Positions 1 to 12,648 of a DNA stretch of 64,000 nt are shown in pieces. The position numbers were made by a program, and so were the translations under genes. The stretch lies in the NCBI RefSeq assembly GCF_000150275.1, contig NW_002060974.1, forward strand, positions 342,633-406,632. The letters are read 5' to 3'. Source of the DNA: Trichoplax adhaerens (lineage: Eukaryota; Animalia; Placozoa). The notes beneath the pieces are model-generated. The model made no database searches and was not told the DNA's origin. It saw only the letters and a program-made list of their open reading frames with translations. Numbering within the stretch: position 1 is the first letter of the stretch; the number at the start of each line of letters is the position of its first letter.

Positions 1-190
1 CAGATATCGCTGATATACATAACAGGCGATAAGTAGTCTTAAAGAAATCACGATCGGTAAGAAGTAATTCGACTATTGCAATATTTATAATCAATCCAGC
101 CGTAGTGATAGGAAGAACGCCAATAATAACATCATGGTAAATTCTTGATGCAAGTTTCAAGTTTATTGTTGTATTATTGTAAGCGTCCAT
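1..190 (-). CDS. Intronless class A (rhodopsin-like) GPCR, N-terminal part (TM1-TM2); runs off the window edge, intactness unknown
   Basis: ATG at 190 on the minus strand reads MDAYNNTTINLKLASRIYHDVIIGVLPITTAGLIINIAIVELLLTDRDFFKTTYRLLCISAIS: N-glycosylation sequon NTT, TM1 'GLIIN' (GN-like) and TM2 'LCISAIS(D)' (LAxxD-like). Near-identical to the ORF at 3530-3745. Confidence 0.6.
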   Translation of the reverse strand, partial: MDAYNNTTINLKLASRIYHDVIIGVLPITTAGLIINIAIVELLLTDRDFFKTTYRLLCISAIS

Positions 191-560
191 CGTTTACGAA
201 TTTGAGCTATATTCTGAAAGACAAACAGATAGAAACAGTAAATCTATTTTGTTCCGGTAGAAATATGATAATACAATTTCGAGAGGTAGAGAAATTGGGA
301 TCTTTTGGAGGCAATATTCGGTTCAATCCAATAGCTAATAGGACGAATTTATTATCTGTGGGTGATATTTGCTAATTCGTCGCGTAAATTAGAAAGAATT
401 AATCCTAGCTAAAAACGCGTTTGCTTATAAACCTTCGTGAGCATAGCGTAACAAAAGAGATAATACTTGTGTAATGAATATAATATTTATTGTTTATAGT
501 CAGTCGTTGAATGCAGGTATAAAACTCAAAAGCATATTAAGATATAGATGCCTTTTATGT
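1..560. repeat. Segmental duplication block A, copy 1 (copy 2 at ~3556-4110)
   Basis: Sequence starting cagatatcgctgatatacataacaggcg recurs at 3556 (offset 3555) with only scattered substitutions. Confidence 0.95.
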
Positions 561-1419
561 CTTGGGTTCTTTTAAGCGAATGAATCATTAGGCATGGTAC
601 TAGCATTAAACAATAAATTTCAAATAATAAATTACAAACTAAAGGTATCAACCTGTTAATCGAAAGAAAAATTAATATATATAATGTGTTTGTAAAGCTA
701 ATTCATTTGTATTTATAAAATGAATTAATAAATTGTCGCAGTTGCATCACACTGAAACCAAACTTTATCCTCACGCATTAGCTCTGACCCCCTTTGTTAT
801 ATATTGAAACTAATTGATTTGATTGATGGAAAACGTATTATAAGAAAAGTAATTGAGCATTTATTAGAATTATCCTCAGAAGACTAGAATGATGACTTAT
901 ACAGTTTTCGTAAAACTGATTATAATGGCAATGAAGGGGTCGATTGGATTTAGAGTAAACTGCTCGGTATATAAGCATACCAAATGGATTTTCGAAAAGT
1001 GCAAATAAGAATAGTATTGATCCTTTTTTCAGGTGATGTTTATACCGTTAATTTAATAAGCTGCTTATAATTTCTAATGTCGTTTCCTTACGGAAATAGC
1101 AGTCGGTTGAGTGAATAATGAGGTATTTGCTTTATGTACTAATATACGTTGAATTACCCAAGGGTTAAAGTATGTTCATTTTAAAAATATAAAAAATTAG
1201 GTTCAAGTAAATGAGAATTTTTGATAAATTCCTGAATGAACTGGTACCGAGTAATATCGAATGGCCAATTAAAATACTTGTTGTAGTTACTGCAAAAAAT
1301 TTCAAATTTTTATCATAAAATTTTAAATAAAAACGAATAAGTTAATTAACTTCATAAGTCAATGTTTATTCCTCATAAGTTACTGCTTAGAAATCTTAAG
1401 CATTAATCTATACAAACAT

Positions 1420-3230
1420 CAATCTTTGATTGATTTCATAGTCTATCTAAACAATATCTCCTTTTATCGGTCTGCAACAATGTATCACTCTTGTTATCAC
1501 TTACTTAAAATGAATATACTAACGAGTTATTCAGTATACGTAGCACAATTGCAATCATGAATAGTTTAATGATCCTCATATGAGTAAGTTTTATAGCTAT
1601 GGCACAGTTACATATTTCTCATGCATAATTGTACGTTATATTTGTACAAAGAATCACGATTTTTGCAAATAATTTGTCCAGAGATATATAATAGTATGCA
1701 CGTATCATGGTATACTATTAATCTAAACTAGAGCTCTCAATCTGAAATTATTAGTCTGGACATATAGGGAGCTAAATTGATGGTTCTTAGTTCAAGATTT
1801 AATTTTCTACCAATAATACTAAAAGACAAAAACATGCAATGCAGCTACGTGACATATTAAAATGTTTCACATGTGCACTAAAACCGAAAGTATTTCATTT
1901 AATTAGCTTATTGGCAAAATTTAATTATGGATAGTGTCAACAAATTATTTGTAAATATACTATTCAAATGAATACATTTTGATGATAATCAAACTCAACT
2001 ATTCAGTATGAAAGATTTTTAAAATTATTTTCATTTATTCATAAAGCTCAGTCTATTATACATAAATATTATTACATTGCAAGTAGTCTCGCAGAAATAA
2101 AGTTATTGCAATTTAAATTTATATGAATGTTATAACCCGATATTACAGAATTTTTTTGATTTAAAAATAGACATCAAACATACTAAAGCTGTAGCCGTGA
2201 ATAAAATGGGTTTATTTTATTTTACAACTGTAAAATAAAAAAATTGTTATTAGACTGCAGCAAAGTACATTAGTTATCCTTTGTTACCTTTTCAGGAGCT
2301 TTCCTTTATTATTTGAGAGAAACCCGCCCTGTTTACCTTGTATTAGTGATACAAATTAAAAAATGCGGGCATTCTCTTTCATTTGTATAACCTATAATAA
2401 CGAATTTTAATAATTGTGATTAGTTGTGTGGTCATTAATGTAATCTGGTAATTAATAAAAGATTCAATAGCTTTTGAAATCATTTTTCCTCGAACAAGTA
2501 ATTGGAGAGACGAATATCAAAATTGGATCATTCATTAAGACTATAGCACCAAAGATTGATATTCATTTACTGGAAACATCCCTCAGTGTGTCGTGATATT
2601 ATTAGTTGACTACAGTTTATTTCAAATAATGAATTTTATTTTTCTCAGGTTTTTTTCAAGCATGTTGTTAAGCCTTTACTATGACCTAAAGCTGAAGAGA
2701 TTGTAAGAGTAAAGCTGTCCAAATTCTTCTTCTTTTTTGATTACTGAGTGCGGAAATACTGTCAATACTAGTAATGCGTTTTCGATCTGCAGGAGCAATG
2801 CTATTGTTTTATGTTATTTTAAAAGAAATTCAGTTTTAATAAGTAATGTTTTATCAGTTTCAACACAATTCATATTCATACTTATAATATCTAAATTGTA
2901 AATTTCTCCTAACTTTATCACTATTTTCATCCTTCGGTCTATCCCACTATTTTCAATAAGCGCATCAAAATCAGATGATCTCATTTCGAACAATTATTAC
3001 AATTTCCGCTATAAATGGTTCCGAAGATTAACAGATATTGAATCTCAGTGCTGACTCTGGTATTTTCTTTTGTAATTTAAAGTATAAAGTATTCGGAAAG
3101 GATGCAGTTCTACTAGGAAAGGCTTACTTCAGGGTATCCTTGATATCATCCCTAATTTAATTATATAATAATTAATTATAATAAGAGATTACACATGATA
3201 GAAATATTTGCCACTTGATGGAATGGCAAT
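1420..3230. repeat. Older segmental duplication block B, copy 1 (copy 2 at ~4300-6235)
   Basis: Colinear shared anchors in both copies: gaatagtttaatgatcctca (~1560/~4441), atgcaatgcagctacgtga (~1834/~4592), tcattcattaagact (~2528/~5525), aataagagatta (~3180/~6198). Clearly more diverged than block A. Confidence 0.85.
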
Positions 3231-3529
3231 CACTTAATATCAGGTCTCATTTTACTTTCAACTTAATTAACTTCCGTTTTTATTTCAAATTGCTTTTATG
3301 AATTTGTGAGTATAAACACCTGCCATTTATACCGTATTCGATTATTATATTACATTTTTTTGGAAATCGCAAACTCATCCAAATCAAATCATGAGACGCA
3401 TTCTTTGTAGCACTAAATTCAGTCCTAACTATCCTTCTGCGCAATTAATCTTGAACTTCTTGTTATCTTATTATTGGTCATGAGCAACTCCATTATCAAA
3501 CTTGTTATATATGTAGACAAATGGAGGCT

Positions 3530-3745
3530 CTAAGTTTTTAGCGACGATACAATATCAGATATCGCTGATATACATAACAGGCGATAAGTAGTCTTAAAGA
3601 AATCACGATCGGTAAGAAGTAATTTGACTATTGTAATATTTATAATCAATCCAGCCGTAGTGATAGGAAGAACGCCAATAATAACATCATTGTAAATTCT
3701 TGATGCAAGTTTCAAGTTTATTGTTGTATTATTGTAAGCGTCCAT
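3530..3745 (-). pseudogene. Truncated rhodopsin-like GPCR pseudogene (TM1-TM2, then stop)
   Basis: ORF MDAYNNTT...GLIINITIVKLLL...LLCISAISDIVSSLKT* stops right after TM2; I found no continuation to TM3/DRY downstream. Confidence 0.6.
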
Positions 3746-4110
3746 CGTTTACGAATTTGAGCTATATTCTGAATAACAAACAGATAGAAACAGTAAATCT
3801 ATTTTGTTCCGGCAGAAATATGATAATACAATTTCGAAAGGTAGAGAAATTGGGATCTTTTGGAGGCAATATTCAGCAATCCAATAGCTAATAGGACGAA
3901 TTTATTATCTGTGGGCGATATTTGCTAATTCGTCGCGTAAATTAGAAAAGAATTAATCCTAGCTAAAAACCTGTTTGCTTATAAACCTTCGTGAGCATAG
4001 CGTAACAAAAGAGATAATACTTATGTAATGAATATAATATTTATTGTTTATAGTCAGTCGTTGAATGAAGGTATAAAACTCAAAAGCTTATTAAGGTATA
4101 GATGTCTTTG
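3556..4110. repeat. Segmental duplication block A, copy 2
   Basis: Direct near-identical match to 1-560. Confidence 0.95.
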
Positions 4111-4299
4111 ATGTGTTCAATCTTTTCAAACCTGAGAGTGATTAAGTATAGGCATTTACTCAAAAGAATATCAATCTATTTAATGAGAGTATAAAGTTAA
4201 TTGATCAGAATATAAAGGATGATTTTAAATTAGAGAAATTAATAGTTACATATATTCTTGGAAATCTTCACCATTAAGCTGTAAAAATATCTAGTGTAC

Positions 4300-6235
4300 A
4301 TTTATTTGATTTCATAATGCAGCTAAACATTAGCACCTTTTATCAATCTGCAACAAATATGTCACGGTCAGTCTAATTAAAAGAGATGAATATAATATCG
4401 TAAACTGGTTATCCTATACACATCGAACAATAATGATCATGAATAGTTTAATGATCCTCACATGAGTGAATTTTATAGTTATGAACTAAAATTCTTAATC
4501 TGAAATTACTAATCTTGACGTACAAGGAGCTGAATTGATGGTTGTTAGTTCAAAATTTGACTTTCTGCCAACAATCCTAAAATACGAAAATATGCAATGC
4601 AGCTACGTGATATAATGACATGTTTCTCGTGTGAATTAGCGGAGGGAGTATTCAATTTATTTAACTTATTATTGAAAGTTCATCACGGATATAATAAACA
4701 AATCATTTACAAATTTTCTGTTCAAATTAACGCTTTTTAATGCTAACCAAAATCAGCTATTCAACATAAGAGATTTTTAAAATCATTTTATACATTTATA
4801 AAGTTCAGCTGATTTACGTAAATACCGTTACACTACAAATAATCTTGTAGAAATAAAGCCACTACAATTTAGATTTATATGAGTGTTTTACAATCTGATA
4901 CTGTAGAGATCTTTTCAGTTAAAAGTAGACGTTAACATATCAAAGCTTTAGCTGTGAATAATAAAATGAAATTGTTTTGTATAAATATTTAAAGAGAACC
5001 ATTATTAAAACAGTTGTATATGAGTCAGTCGTATATTTCCTTCCGGCTAGGCTTGATTGACAAGAAGGAAACAATTCCTATCAGATCCAAATAAAGTTTA
5101 TTAGTTGATCTTTGTTATCTTTTCATAAGCTTTCCGTTATTAAAAACAGTTATTGTATATGAGTCAGTCCTATATTCCCTTCCGGCTAGGCTTGATTGAG
5201 TAAAATGAAACAATTCCTATCAGATCAAAATAAAGTATATTAGTTGATCTTTGTTATCTTTTCATAAGCTTTCCATTATTATTTGGGCGCAAACAGCCAT
5301 GGCGACATTATACTAGTGATACAAATTAAAAATTACAGATGTTTAATTTAGTGGTATAATCTATAATAATGAACTTTCATAACGGTGACTTGTAGTGTAA
5401 TCAGTCATATAGCCTAATAATCAATACAAGATTTAATAGTTTTTAAAACCGTTTATTCTCGAATAAGTAATTATCAAGGAACAAATGTTTAAATGCATTT
5501 AAGAGACAAATATTGAAGTTGAATCATTCATTAAGACTGTACTGTAGCTCCTACGATTGATACAGATTTGCTAAAAATCTAATTCAGTGTGGTGGGATAT
5601 TACTATTTAGCTATAGTTTATTTCAAGTAATTATTTCTTTTATTGCATCACCGTCTTTTCTTTCAAACATCTTGTCCACTATTTACTGTAGCCTAAAGCC
5701 GAAGGGATTATGAGATTAAAACTGCCCGAAATATTCTTCAAATTTTGATTCTGCGTATGAAAGTACTTCAATACTAATAATACATTTTCGATTTGCTGTA
5801 GCGATGTTATTGTTTGTACATTTGCAATAATGTTGATATTGTTTTAGAAGAAATCAGTTAATAAGTAATCTTTATCTTTTTTAACACAATTTATTTTTAT
5901 GCTCACAATGTCTAAGTAGTAAATTTTTTCCTTACTTTAAGACTATTCTTATTCTGTCATCTATTTAATAATAATCGATAGGCGCTTCAAAATTGTACGC
6001 CTCTTATTTCGATAAATTATTACAATTTCTATTTAAATGTGATTCTGGAGATTACTAGATATTGAAATTCGGTGCTGACTTTGACATTTCATTTTATAAT
6101 TCAAACTATAACATTATTAGGAAGAACTCAATTCTATTAAGAAAGGCTCTCCTCAGGATATTCTCGATATCGTTGCTAATTTAATTATACTGTTTAGTAA
6201 TAAGAGATTATACATAGTAGCGATACTTCCCCACT
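4300..6235. repeat. Segmental duplication block B, copy 2
   Basis: Colinear match to ~1420-3230. Confidence 0.85.
5002..5274. repeat. Tandem duplication of an ~135 bp unit (2 copies)
   Basis: ttattaaaa(a)cagtt...tatatgagtcagtc...ttccggctaggcttgattga...tttgttatcttttcataagctttcc occurs twice back to back. Confidence 0.95.
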
Positions 6236-9200
6236 CAACAGCTTTTCGGCATTTTAATGCCTACATTCAAAAATATATCGTTTATTCAAATTTATTATAG
6301 TTTTTCAGATTGATCACCTAATCTTTATTGACATTGTCACAGACACTGTGTAGTGGTTTTAGCTGATTACAATAATAACATGAAGTGCTATAGCTCTTGA
6401 AAGTAGAACAGTCTACTACGCTTAGCGAAGTAATTATATGATGACTAAAATGATGAAACAGTGCGCTTGTGCTATTCGTACTATATAGGTAAAGGACATA
6501 GATAACAGCCTCATAAGTGTTTTTATGTAATATATTTATGTAATCATTAATTTATATGGAATTGAGGACGTCGCAGAAGTCGATTATCCTGTTCATTTTA
6601 AGCGTTTTTCAATTATTACTACGAGGGAAAGAAAAGTGTTTTCTTCTCCTTCTAGTAAGCTGTTATTAAATGATACTTTTAAGGTTATCAAACACGATGT
6701 TGGTCTTATTGTATCGCTTTAAATAAGACAAGAATGAGAATAAGAATTATGAAATAAGAATTCGAGATTTGCTCACTTTTATTAACTTAAAGTTCGAGTT
6801 ATTAGATTAGCATGCTTTATTCGTCATAGGCTCCTGTATCAATATGTAGGAAAGTTCAAAGATATAGATTTATATGTATGGTAGATATATACCACTTAGC
6901 ACTACATGTTAAGGTGTATATGGCGTTTTACTCAATTCAAATTCAATCACTACAGATGACAGAGACCAATGATAAAACTTTACTATATTTATATCCTCTT
7001 GTTTCATTAATCAAATCATGTTCTTATATTATAACTTTATAGCCACAGATGCTCAATTGTAATTAAGCATTTAAAGATAGAGTATTAGAGAGATTGCAAA
7101 GATAATGGTAGCAAATGGATCATGATGTAAGAATCATAAGGGCTGAAATAAAAGGATAGTCAGAATTCGTGTAAGATATCTAAGCTAGTTACGCAGCATG
7201 TGTTCATACTATAATTTTATTTCTGTCTATTTATTAGACTATCATTATAGTAATAAGATTTTTAAAGAGTAATTTGTCATGGTGATATTGATACTGATAA
7301 TTAATTGCATCAGTCATTGGAGTGACTATCGTCAAACGTTCGCATATATATGGCTGCACTTTCACACAGAATATAGCTCATATAATTGTGTCATAGATCT
7401 CTTACTCTTGCTGGATATAAGAATGCTAACAATAATAAAGTATCTAACTTATTAATCATTGGCAATCTTGAAATAGATTTCTATTATATTTTATAAACCA
7501 TTTATAGTCGTAGACAGACGAAATATTAAGATACCAACCGCAACAGCAAGAAATTGAGGCAGTGAAATTTTTTTCCTCTGTAAAAGCTTATTCTGTTTAT
7601 ACAGATAGCTTTTATAATTATAATTAAAGTTATCACAAATAAGTTACTGTAATTAAGCCTTGACCAACTTCCTATCTGATATCGATCTATAGTCACTTAG
7701 TTCCAAATACTTAGTATTAGAAACTCCATTATAGGCAAAAATAGCGCTCATACTATCCTATTAACATACAGTACCAATGGCGTTTATAGTTCCATTGGTA
7801 GTTGAATTTGAAACTCAATGATTTTTAATAAATGCTGATAAAGCAAAATCTAGCTCGGTCTCATTTAGTGTTCAATAAAGTTTTAGTATATTTCTTGTTT
7901 CGACTGAAAGCAGGATCATCAACAAATAGGTTTAATTCCATAAGGTTAATTTCGAAGAAGAATTATTAGAATTGTTTCAGATCAAATAGAAATTAGTTGC
8001 CTAATTTGATTAGGGTACAAAGTTTTAAAGGTTAAAGGATACTTTTAGCACCCCTGGTATTCGATATCTTAACTCCCAGTACTTGAATTTAATATTTAAT
8101 ATTAACCAGGTCGATTTATTTTACTTCATTCTAGCTTTAAGCTTATTATATACTTTGATATCTTTATTGTATCTTCTATACTATTGGCACCATAGATGCT
8201 GTATGATATTATCTTCAATAATTATGTAGTCACTTACGTTAGACTTTAAAAAAATTTAAGATATTACATCCGGTTAGACATAAATTATGTATAGCTTCGA
8301 TTCGGATCATTAGTTGAGTATAAGTGGTGGTTTTGTTCGCTCATTGCATTGCACATCTATGTCCTATTAATTAAATAAAGTTGTTGAAAGTAAAATTGAT
8401 AGGTTTGAAGTAGATGGATAAATTAAATATTTTGGCGAATTTTTAACTAATAATTCACATTTTTCCTATATCCTATCCAATTGGGTATACTAGTTGTTAT
8501 TTACGTTTTACTTATTTATTTATCGACTTCATTTTACTTAATTCTACTTTGAAAATTGGACTGTTCCAGAAGTTGTGTTTAATTATTCTTTGATGTGTGG
8601 TATCGAGTAAGTTTACAATTTATTACATTCTCAGCTATTTCAGTACAATTCACCTCGGCGTCCTTAAAATATTATTCATACATTGTTGGGGATAAATGAC
8701 TAAAAGCGAAGCATTTAATCCAATGGTCTACCGTTTTTTAATCAAGCCACTGTAATGCCGATGTAGTTTAGGAATAAGATGAAAGAGAAAACAATCAATT
8801 CAGGTATATTTATTGATTTACAGTGAATAGAAACTGTCAAACTTTGAAAAAATACGGTAATAAACAACGCAGATTACAACTACATATTTACCGTATTTGA
8901 TAATTTTACAAATTATCTCAGTAACTGTGTTTATGTAGGGATGGATACGTGCAGGAAGTTCACAGTATTCTAATTACAAATTCATAAGAGGGTTTGATGA
9001 TAAAGAATTAATGTATGACCTTATGATCGTGTATTAAATACTCCTATAATTGGATTTATTAGGCATAGATATATAATTTTAATATTGTAATTATGATATT
9101 AATTTAGCAGTAAGCAAGAAAATAGATTGTTCTAGTATGGCTTATTGTTTTAAATGCATTTAAAAAGTATTCCAGTCGATATTCTCTAATATCATTGGAA

Positions 9201-12200
9201 TATTGAAATTTCGGTAGTAAATAGGTAAAATTATAGTTGAATGATGTTAACATAGGCGAAAGACGATAAATATGGTATACTATTATTGATAGCCGTAGAT
9301 TTCCTTTACGGTGCTTTAAGATTGAATTATTGACGCGCAAATAAGCGAATAGCACCGCTATTTCAACACTGGAAATGAAACGACCTAATTTTAGGTTTTC
9401 ATACCATATCGAAATAAGCAGTTTCAGTTAAGTAAAAATTTAACTAAAGCGAGTGTCTTAATCGTGTAAATAATTCGCCAATATTCCGTATGCGCTAATA
9501 AGAAAAAAATTAGTGTGACGGTCTAATGACGAAATCTTCTCTTGTTTCAGATAACAAAATCAGGGAGATCCTTACTGATAGGTATTTTTGGAAATTATCC
9601 TAGTTCATCTAAAATTATAACAACGAATAGCAATATACAATTCGGAAAGTTTTCGAGTATTTGTAAATAAATTTAAAAGCAAGAGAACAAGTATTTTACA
9701 ACTTAAAATCCGCTAATAGAAACAGTAATATTTCGCGGAAAAGTAAATCTTAACCACCAGTGTTTACTGGCATATACTTTAATTGAATGAAATTGAGCTG
9801 AAATAATAAATGAACTTAGGACTTGAAGCAATTCTTGTACAAGTTTTTATTTCTTCCTTAATTGATAGAATATTCATTCCCAATATTCTCTATACTCTTA
9901 CTACCATACATTTGTATACAGTATACGTAAAATAGCCAAGAGTTCGGTATATTTCTACTGCTTTTTAAATTAATCATAACTACCGCATTTCTGGGAATTA
10001 TTTTTATTAGCTGTTAAGTCAACAGTTTTCGTTGGTCTGTTATGTGCTAAGCATATATACTGTATGGCATGATAGTAGCTAAAAATATCTTACAACTAGT
10101 AACGATAAAACTGAAAGTTTAATATTTGATTCTTGACGAGTTCACCTTCCGCTTATATAGATGAATATCGTTAGTAGCAAAAGAAAAATTGCCAATTTTA
10201 AAGATAGATATAGCTTTACGGAGTAGAAGAAGCTATTAAAGTACGTAGACAAAATTGTTTATATACTATAACATTAGGGGATTTTGGATTAGCTACCTTC
10301 CATTTTAATATACATAACAATATAGAGTAAATTAAAATTTTACACGTGATTAGCTACTAGGATATGTACATTGTACAAGAGGTTTATTTTCCCTGTATGA
10401 CATGGCTTTTAGACTACCTATTTCCTATTAGCTTTTAACACTGTGGCTGTTTTTTGAGGATTCCAATAAATAAAAACAGAATATACAAAGCGGAAAGAGT
10501 ATTAAAATCAACTTGAGGTCACGAGTCAAAGATCAGAGTGTCATTGGATAGCAATGAAGCCCATTCATTATATATGAGGTGCTCAAAATTTGAAGGAAGC
10601 CTTTTAAAATAAAGTAGTAGAAGAAGCCGTAACATAGGCATTCAAGATACTTTACTCCTATTGTTATATTATGACTTATGAAAATTACCTTTAACCCATA
10701 TTGTTAAAAGCGGGTCTCAGCAAATCGGATAAATACTCACTACTGGATTATAATTTGCTTTGATCTCAATGACACAATTTCAAGTTGTAGTTTACATTTT
10801 TACATATGATTTACCCACAACCAAATATGGTATCTAATTTTAATGATTTAGACTTCATTTATAATTTATAGTTATTTTTTTTTAATTCAATTTAACAGTC
10901 AATATCATCTTTGTTGATCAAGAATGGTACCATAGCGTTTTTACCCAATCGATTTCGTATTCTGTATTTTATTTACTGGATTGATGATGTTTTTTTGATT
11001 AATTGCTTATTGTGCGATATTTTGATATGATGCCATAGGTCTCGTGCAACGTAGTTAATAATATACTAACAACTAATGCAGAAGGTCAAACAAGTAATGA
11101 CAGCCATTATTCAATTTTCATCATTTCTGTATATCCCCACCTCCCACTCCATAATTATAGATCATTTTTCTATTCCCCTTTGGGAAGTTCATGTATCATG
11201 CGATTGTTTTAAAATTCACTTTAATACTAAGATTTCGGCTATGACCATTAATTAGTATTCCTGCTAGGTAGGATTTATTATGCCATGCTATAATTAAATG
11301 ATACCATTACAGTTAAATGGAATATTTTTATGTAGTGGTATTTTTTATTAAGAACAAATCCTTACGCACTAAACTTGCGAAATCATTTCTGTAGCGATTA
11401 CTGTAGATCGCCTAGCAGCAACATTAAGTTAAGCTAATATAACTGCAGCTGAAATCATCTGCCATAAGACGGAGATATTTTAGGTGAAGGAATGAATTCA
11501 AATTGCTAAGGGTATACTTGCCATATTGCTACAGTATCTTAACGCTTGCTAATAATCTAATTAGGCAATGACCATGGTCTAGTGTACGGGTTGTTAGCTC
11601 TACACAAAACTACTGTAATTAGCTGAAATCACTACACATGGGTACACTAGTCTACCATCCAATAATTCGTATCATCTCTAGTATCCAACCACCATCATAA
11701 GGACTTTCCTAATCAAAGCTACTACATTTACTGTAGCCACAGTATTTAGCACTTACACTCGCTCAACACCATTTTAAGGCTCCAGTTAATCTACAATCTC
11801 GCACATACAGCATCAACCTACACTTTCTACATATCACTTAGTGATTTCCTATAATTTCTTAAGCTATTTTGGGGTCTGCATTGCAGAGGATATAAATAAA
11901 AGCGATCCATTTATAACTATTTAACATCGGCCATTGACCAACGTCATGACTGCTAGTGCTACGAGTAATATCGTTAATTTTGTATCATATTTACGAATTG
12001 AAATTTTAAAGCCCACTAGTCATTACAGCATCTAAAGGTGCTTTCAACGATGCTATCAAATTGATGATTTAATACTATTTCGCCCTTAATTAATATTGCA
12101 AATTGTCGGCATTCATTTTGCGTCGTAAAGATTTGTGGTCTATAGTTTGGCTACCCAAACAGTACTACGTGTTAGTCAGTTCCTACATTTACCTGAGCGT

Positions 12201-12420
12201 CGTTTTGAACAGCCCTACTGGACTATACGAAATGTAGCATACATTACCAAGATGACTTGAATGTATGGAAAGCTAACTTTGTGCAGAATTTTTGTCCTGT
12301 AATACCATATAAGCTGCCTTGTGTCAGCAGATCAGAGTTTTACACAGACTGTCCATTCGCCGGTCACTCGACGCTACCACTGAAGCAGCAACGAACTTCG
12401 CAGTCTAGCGTAGGATACAG

Positions 12421-12510
12421 CACGTGATCTCTATACGATTCTGTATGACGTATTATGGTGATACGATACCCTCGATCGCCTCACTACTCATAGTCTGTTG
12501 GGCGCATGCG
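12421..12510 (+). promoter_or_regulatory. Putative BRF1 proximal promoter (E-box CACGTG at 12421; NRF1-like GCGCATGCG at 12502)
   Basis: Locally GC/CpG-richer stretch 140-230 bp upstream of the BRF1 ATG containing housekeeping-type motifs. Motif matches only. Confidence 0.35.
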
Positions 12511-12648
12511 TGATGGCTTGTGGAGGTGGAAAAATGTTTAGTAGACTGTCTATTTGTTTTCCATGAGAGGATTTATTATTATTATTGGATGGTAAAGGAA
12601 GAAGGAAATCATCTTGAAAGTAAAGGAGATATCTTCAAAGTAATCATC

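Noticed and set aside
145-375. Plus-strand ORFs 145-375 and 3700-3891
   Set aside because: They partly overlap the minus-strand GPCR start and recur only because of the duplication; no recognisable motif.
6900-11600. Hydrophobic fragments suggesting further GPCR relics (~7.0-7.6 kb, ~10.9-11.6 kb; also ~27.4-28.4 kb)
   Set aside because: I could not recover DRY, CWxP or NPxxY motifs or a consistent frame; AT-rich DNA yields hydrophobic translations by chance.
12520-12648. Upstream in-frame extension of the BRF1 ORF from a non-ATG start
   Set aside because: BRF1 homology begins at the ATG at 12649 (MPSSCPKC); the upstream part looks like 5' UTR.
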